In this document: positions 59,818 to 64,000 of the stretch, in pieces
How the letters are laid out: every line of letters starts with the position of its first letter
How positions within the stretch are numbered: the first letter of the stretch is position 1
From: Octopus vulgaris
Lineage: Eukaryota
Direction: 5' to 3'
Assembly: GCA_951406725.2 (NCBI GenBank)
Contig: OX597827.1
Coordinates: 2,604,001-2,668,000, forward strand
Length of the DNA: 64,000 bases
Translations under genes and position numbers: made by a program
The notes under the pieces: model-generated
Told to the model about the DNA's origin: nothing
The model's input: the letters and a program-made list of their open reading frames with translations, nothing else
The model's database searches: none

Positions 59818-60319
59818 GTATATGTATAATGCGATTACTTGGTAAGCGGTGCGAAATTTTACATTTTGTAAATAATAATAATGATAGTAATAATAATAAT
59901 AATAATATATATATATATATATATCCTATAGTCTTAAAGCTTATAAGCGATCACTGTGCATTGGCTAAGTTAAATAGTTTAATACTGGGGCGGGAAAAAA
60001 TGTCAAACTCTACTTTTTGCTGTCATGGGCTTATATTAGACTATTTGACTTTGTCAATGGAAGGTGATCGCTTACAAGCTTTAAGCTTATAAAAAAATTA
60101 CACACACCGTCATTTAAGAAATAAATATAATATCATTACCAAACTGAGAAAGAAAAAAGAAAAGCAACAAAAATAACAACGGGCTTCGTGGCAGGTTTCA
60201 ACTATTGATTTTGATTAGGTGAATAGAGACAGATTTTTGATTTGATTTGAATCGGTCTGTTAATGCTCTTTACCGTCTCAAATTCGCGCAAATATCATTT
60301 AAAATCTTAGTAATTAATT

Positions 60320-60381
<62 letters not shown>

Positions 60382-60578
60382 CAAAGTGGAGTTGTAGGGT
60401 ACCGCACGAGTGGAATTACATACGAAAGAAGGTTTGAAAATGCAATTTAAAAGATGCTTCTTTACTTTACCGGTTTCACTCTTTGGTAAAAGATTGTCAA
60501 AAGTAACATGTGGAAGTTTGAGAGTGAAACCGGTAAAGTAAATAAACATCTTTTAAATTGCATTTTCAAACCTTCTTC

Positions 60579-60660
<82 letters not shown>

Positions 60661-61027
60661 CATCTAGAGATTGCTATGGGAAAATAACAAGGAAATGTTT
60701 ACGAAAACGAGTATTATGAATCTTTGTCTTGGAATAGAGGTTCTCGAAACAATTCACATACAGCTATAAACAACAGCATGTAAATAATTTGTAGAAAAAT
60801 CCTTTTTCGGTAGAAAAAAGTCGAAGGTTTCCACTTTTCTATCCAAAAACATTTTTTCAATCCAATATTTATATGCTATTCTTCATAGCTATATGTGATG
60901 CGCTTCGAGGACCATTTTTTCCACTTCACACACGCTAAAAAAAAAAATTGAATTATTTAGCTTTTTCTCGAAAGTTTATACATTTCTTATAATTATTATT
61001 ATCATTATTATTATTATTATCACTTAC

Positions 61028-63427
61028 CTGTGCTGCCACCTGCATGGTATTTGGTAATTGTGTTCCTGGAGGAGGTATTTTCCAGCTTTGTCCAGATTTT
61101 TTTACTAACTGTGGATCTTGTCGCAGCAATGTACTTTGTGAACTTCTGTTGTGTTCCTGTTCCGACACAACAGTCACTGGCACATCATATTGTGGCACCA
61201 CTTGACCGCAAATATATTCTGACAGATTATTTTGACTAAATAGTTTAGAACCATCAACTCCGCTAGTATACTGGTTATTTCTGAGATTGTTTCTTCGAAC
61301 AATACACACAGTTATTGATATAACTACTACCAAAGCTACTATTACTGTTGCTACTAACATAATAATCAGTAAATTGATGTGAATTTTATCATCAGACTGT
61401 TTGTGAACTGCAGTAAACATCTTTGATGTTTTGTTGCTTACTGTAAGGGTTAAAGAAAGGGTGCTGGTTGCTGATAAAACCGGCGCACCGCTGTCTTTGA
61501 CTACAAACTGGAGGTTATACGATCCTGCATCGTTTTGATAGACTGGACGGGAGAAAGACAAAACTCCTGTGTAAAGGTTCACAGTAAATAATTGTTTGTC
61601 ATTTCCTCCAAGTATTTCATATTGGAGGAAAGCATTGACATGACTGTCTCTATCAGAGGCTCTTAGCGCCGTAATGTCATTCTTACCCTGTGGATGATAA
61701 TGGACATCTAGATTGAAAGGATCCACGCTGGGGAATGTAAAATAGGGTGCGTTGTCGTTTTTATCAATGACTTCAACCACAACATTTGCTGTGTTGTTCA
61801 ACGAAGGAGTTCCGTTGTCTTTGACTAAAACTTTAAATTTATAAACGTCTTGTTGCTCCCTGTCCAGTGACTGAGTGGTGGAGATGAAACCAAAATTAGA
61901 TATTTCAAACGGAAGAAGATAGCCTTGGTTGTTCAACAAAGAATATGTCAGTTCACTGCCAGAATCGAGGTCTGGATCTGTGGCATTTATAAAACCAATG
62001 GGAAAATTAGGTTCTTCATTTTCGAAAATTAAAAATTTAAATGTATCCTTGGTAAACTGTGGATGTACGTCGTTGACATCCATTACTTGGATGGAAAAAT
62101 TCTTAGTTGTTCGCAAAGGAGGAGTCCCGTTGTCTTGGCATGTAATCGTAAAATGTAGAAAATTATCAATTTCTCGATCAATGTGGCTTTTTATGACAAT
62201 TTTATATTTCATCTTTCCTAGACTTTGAAGTTGGAGTTTATCGTGCTCGAGTTCACAACTCACTTCTCCATTCTGACCAATATCATTGTCTGTAACCTTG
62301 ACATAAGCAATAAAGCTGTTAACTTTGACCCCTTCAAAAATGGAGGCTACATCATTGGTAGTAAGAGAAATGAAGTTGATATCTATATCAGGAGCATTGT
62401 TTTGTTGGTTGATGACATTCACAAGTACTATAGCTGTTGAACTGAGTGGCGGTATACCCTCGTCGCGGGCCTCAATCAACAGCTTGTAACTTTTCTTAGG
62501 TTCTGTGAAGAACTTTTGATGTAAAAAAAGTTCTCCTGATGTTTTATTCAGCTCAAAATAAGATATGTCCAGAGCTGATGACTTGGTGCTGAAATAATAC
62601 GATATTCGTCCATTTTTCCCGGAATCCAAGTCTTTTGCCGACAGTATAACTACAGGTATGTATATCAAGTGGCCGTTGTTTACTGTAATGTTATAGATAT
62701 TCTGGCTAAAAACTGGTCTGTTATCATTGATATCGGCGACTGATATAGAAACATCTAATACGCAGGGCAGCCCACCATCATTGGCTACCACTTGTACATG
62801 ATAAGAATCTTTAAGCTCTCTATCTAGTTTCTCTTCCAAAACGATTCCGAGTTCAGTAGAACCATCGTGTTTCCTAGAAACAGACAATGTAAATGGCTCC
62901 GACATTTCCTTTCTCAGCCGATATTTCAACTGAGAATTCAAGATGCCAACATCTCTGTCAATGGCATTTGGAATAAACTTCGTCGTACCCTTCATATCAC
63001 TTTCTGAAAATTCCAAATGAAATTCTTTACTCTGAAAGTCTGGTCTGTTATCGTTAACATCTTTTATAATAATTTTAATTTCTAAAATCTTCACAAACGA
63101 TTCCCTATTTCTCACAGCCACTTCGACCATCCTGAAACATTCGGTGTTGTATTTACAAAGGGACTCAGCATCTAATACCTGAGCAGTATAAAGTTTCCCA
63201 CTTTTGGAAATATTAAATAATTTTGAGCTGCTCTCATTTCCTTTCTGGAGCTGTTGAAACCAAAACAAACTGTGATCCTTCAAAGGAACACCATTCACTA
63301 AATGTGTGTCGGCAGCAATATCACCAATATAGCTCCCGGGGTTCTGACCTTCTTCTACATAATATGTCAAATCTATGCATAAAGATGCCTGTAGCAAAAG
63401 GAGAAATGCATAGATTTTTATCAGCAT
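61028..63427 (-). CDS. Protocadherin, large first coding exon (signal peptide, EC1-EC6, TM, start of cytoplasmic tail), 800 codons
   Basis: ATG at 63427 begins a signal peptide MLIKIYAFLLLLQASLC. Six cadherin repeats carry DxD, LDRE and DxNDN motifs (DVNDN, DINDN, DVND, DKNDN), with C-X5-C (CKYNTEC) in EC1. TM IHINLLIIMLVATVIVALVVVISITVCIV is followed by RR. Acceptor tttttttttttctactttcag| puts the exon start at 63509; donor CAG|gtaagt follows 61028 (phase 0). Confidence 0.95.
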
Positions 63428-63509
63428 GTTCTTATCCGGAAATAATGTCACAAAAACATTGACATAAATTCCAACAAGGACTGTTTTAGATTTCGCATGG
63501 ATGCCTGAT
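63428..63509 (-). promoter_or_regulatory. 5' UTR part of the protocadherin coding exon, containing a 16-codon uORF (63498-63448)
   Basis: Lies between the splice acceptor (AG at 63511-63510) and the main ATG. ATG CGA AAT ... TTG TGA reads MRNLKQSLLEFMSMFL*, out of frame with the CDS. Confidence 0.6.
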
Positions 63510-63535
63510 CTGAAAGTAGAAAAAAAAAAGTAAAA

Positions 63536-63965
<430 letters not shown>

Positions 63966-64000
63966 GACGAAATAAAATTACAATACATATTAAAATTCAA

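Noticed and set aside
60953-61027. C-terminus VSDNNNNDNNNYKK...
   Set aside because: It follows a consensus CAG|gtaagt donor and is AAT-repeat intron; phase-matched downstream exons exist.

Overview
Eukaryotic, AT-rich, extremely microsatellite-dense DNA. The SINE repertoire and the protocadherin type point to a coleoid cephalopod, most likely Octopus (inference). One gene is supported: a minus-strand protocadherin with a signal peptide, 6 EC repeats, a TM helix and a cytoplasmic tail. I reconstruct it from three phase-compatible coding exons (63427-61028, 45279-45150, 33583-33300; about 937 aa). The ORF track shows only the first exon properly and gives it a spurious poly-Ile N-terminus. The rest is repeats: four tRNA-derived SINE families (one forming ~184-bp head-to-tail multimers), a decayed Merlin/IS1595-type element, a Tc1 element whose transposase is interrupted by an apparent intron, a non-autonomous Helitron, hAT-type MITEs, and RTE and Penelope-like (PLE) relics. 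The most striking non-coding signal is a dispersed set of type I hammerhead ribozyme motifs, three nearly intact (11200, 19388, 25438) and several decayed. Some sit between inverted repeats, as expected for PLE pseudo-LTRs. Nearly all other ORFs in the track are microsatellite artefacts. All family assignments are from motif recognition by eye; no searches were run.
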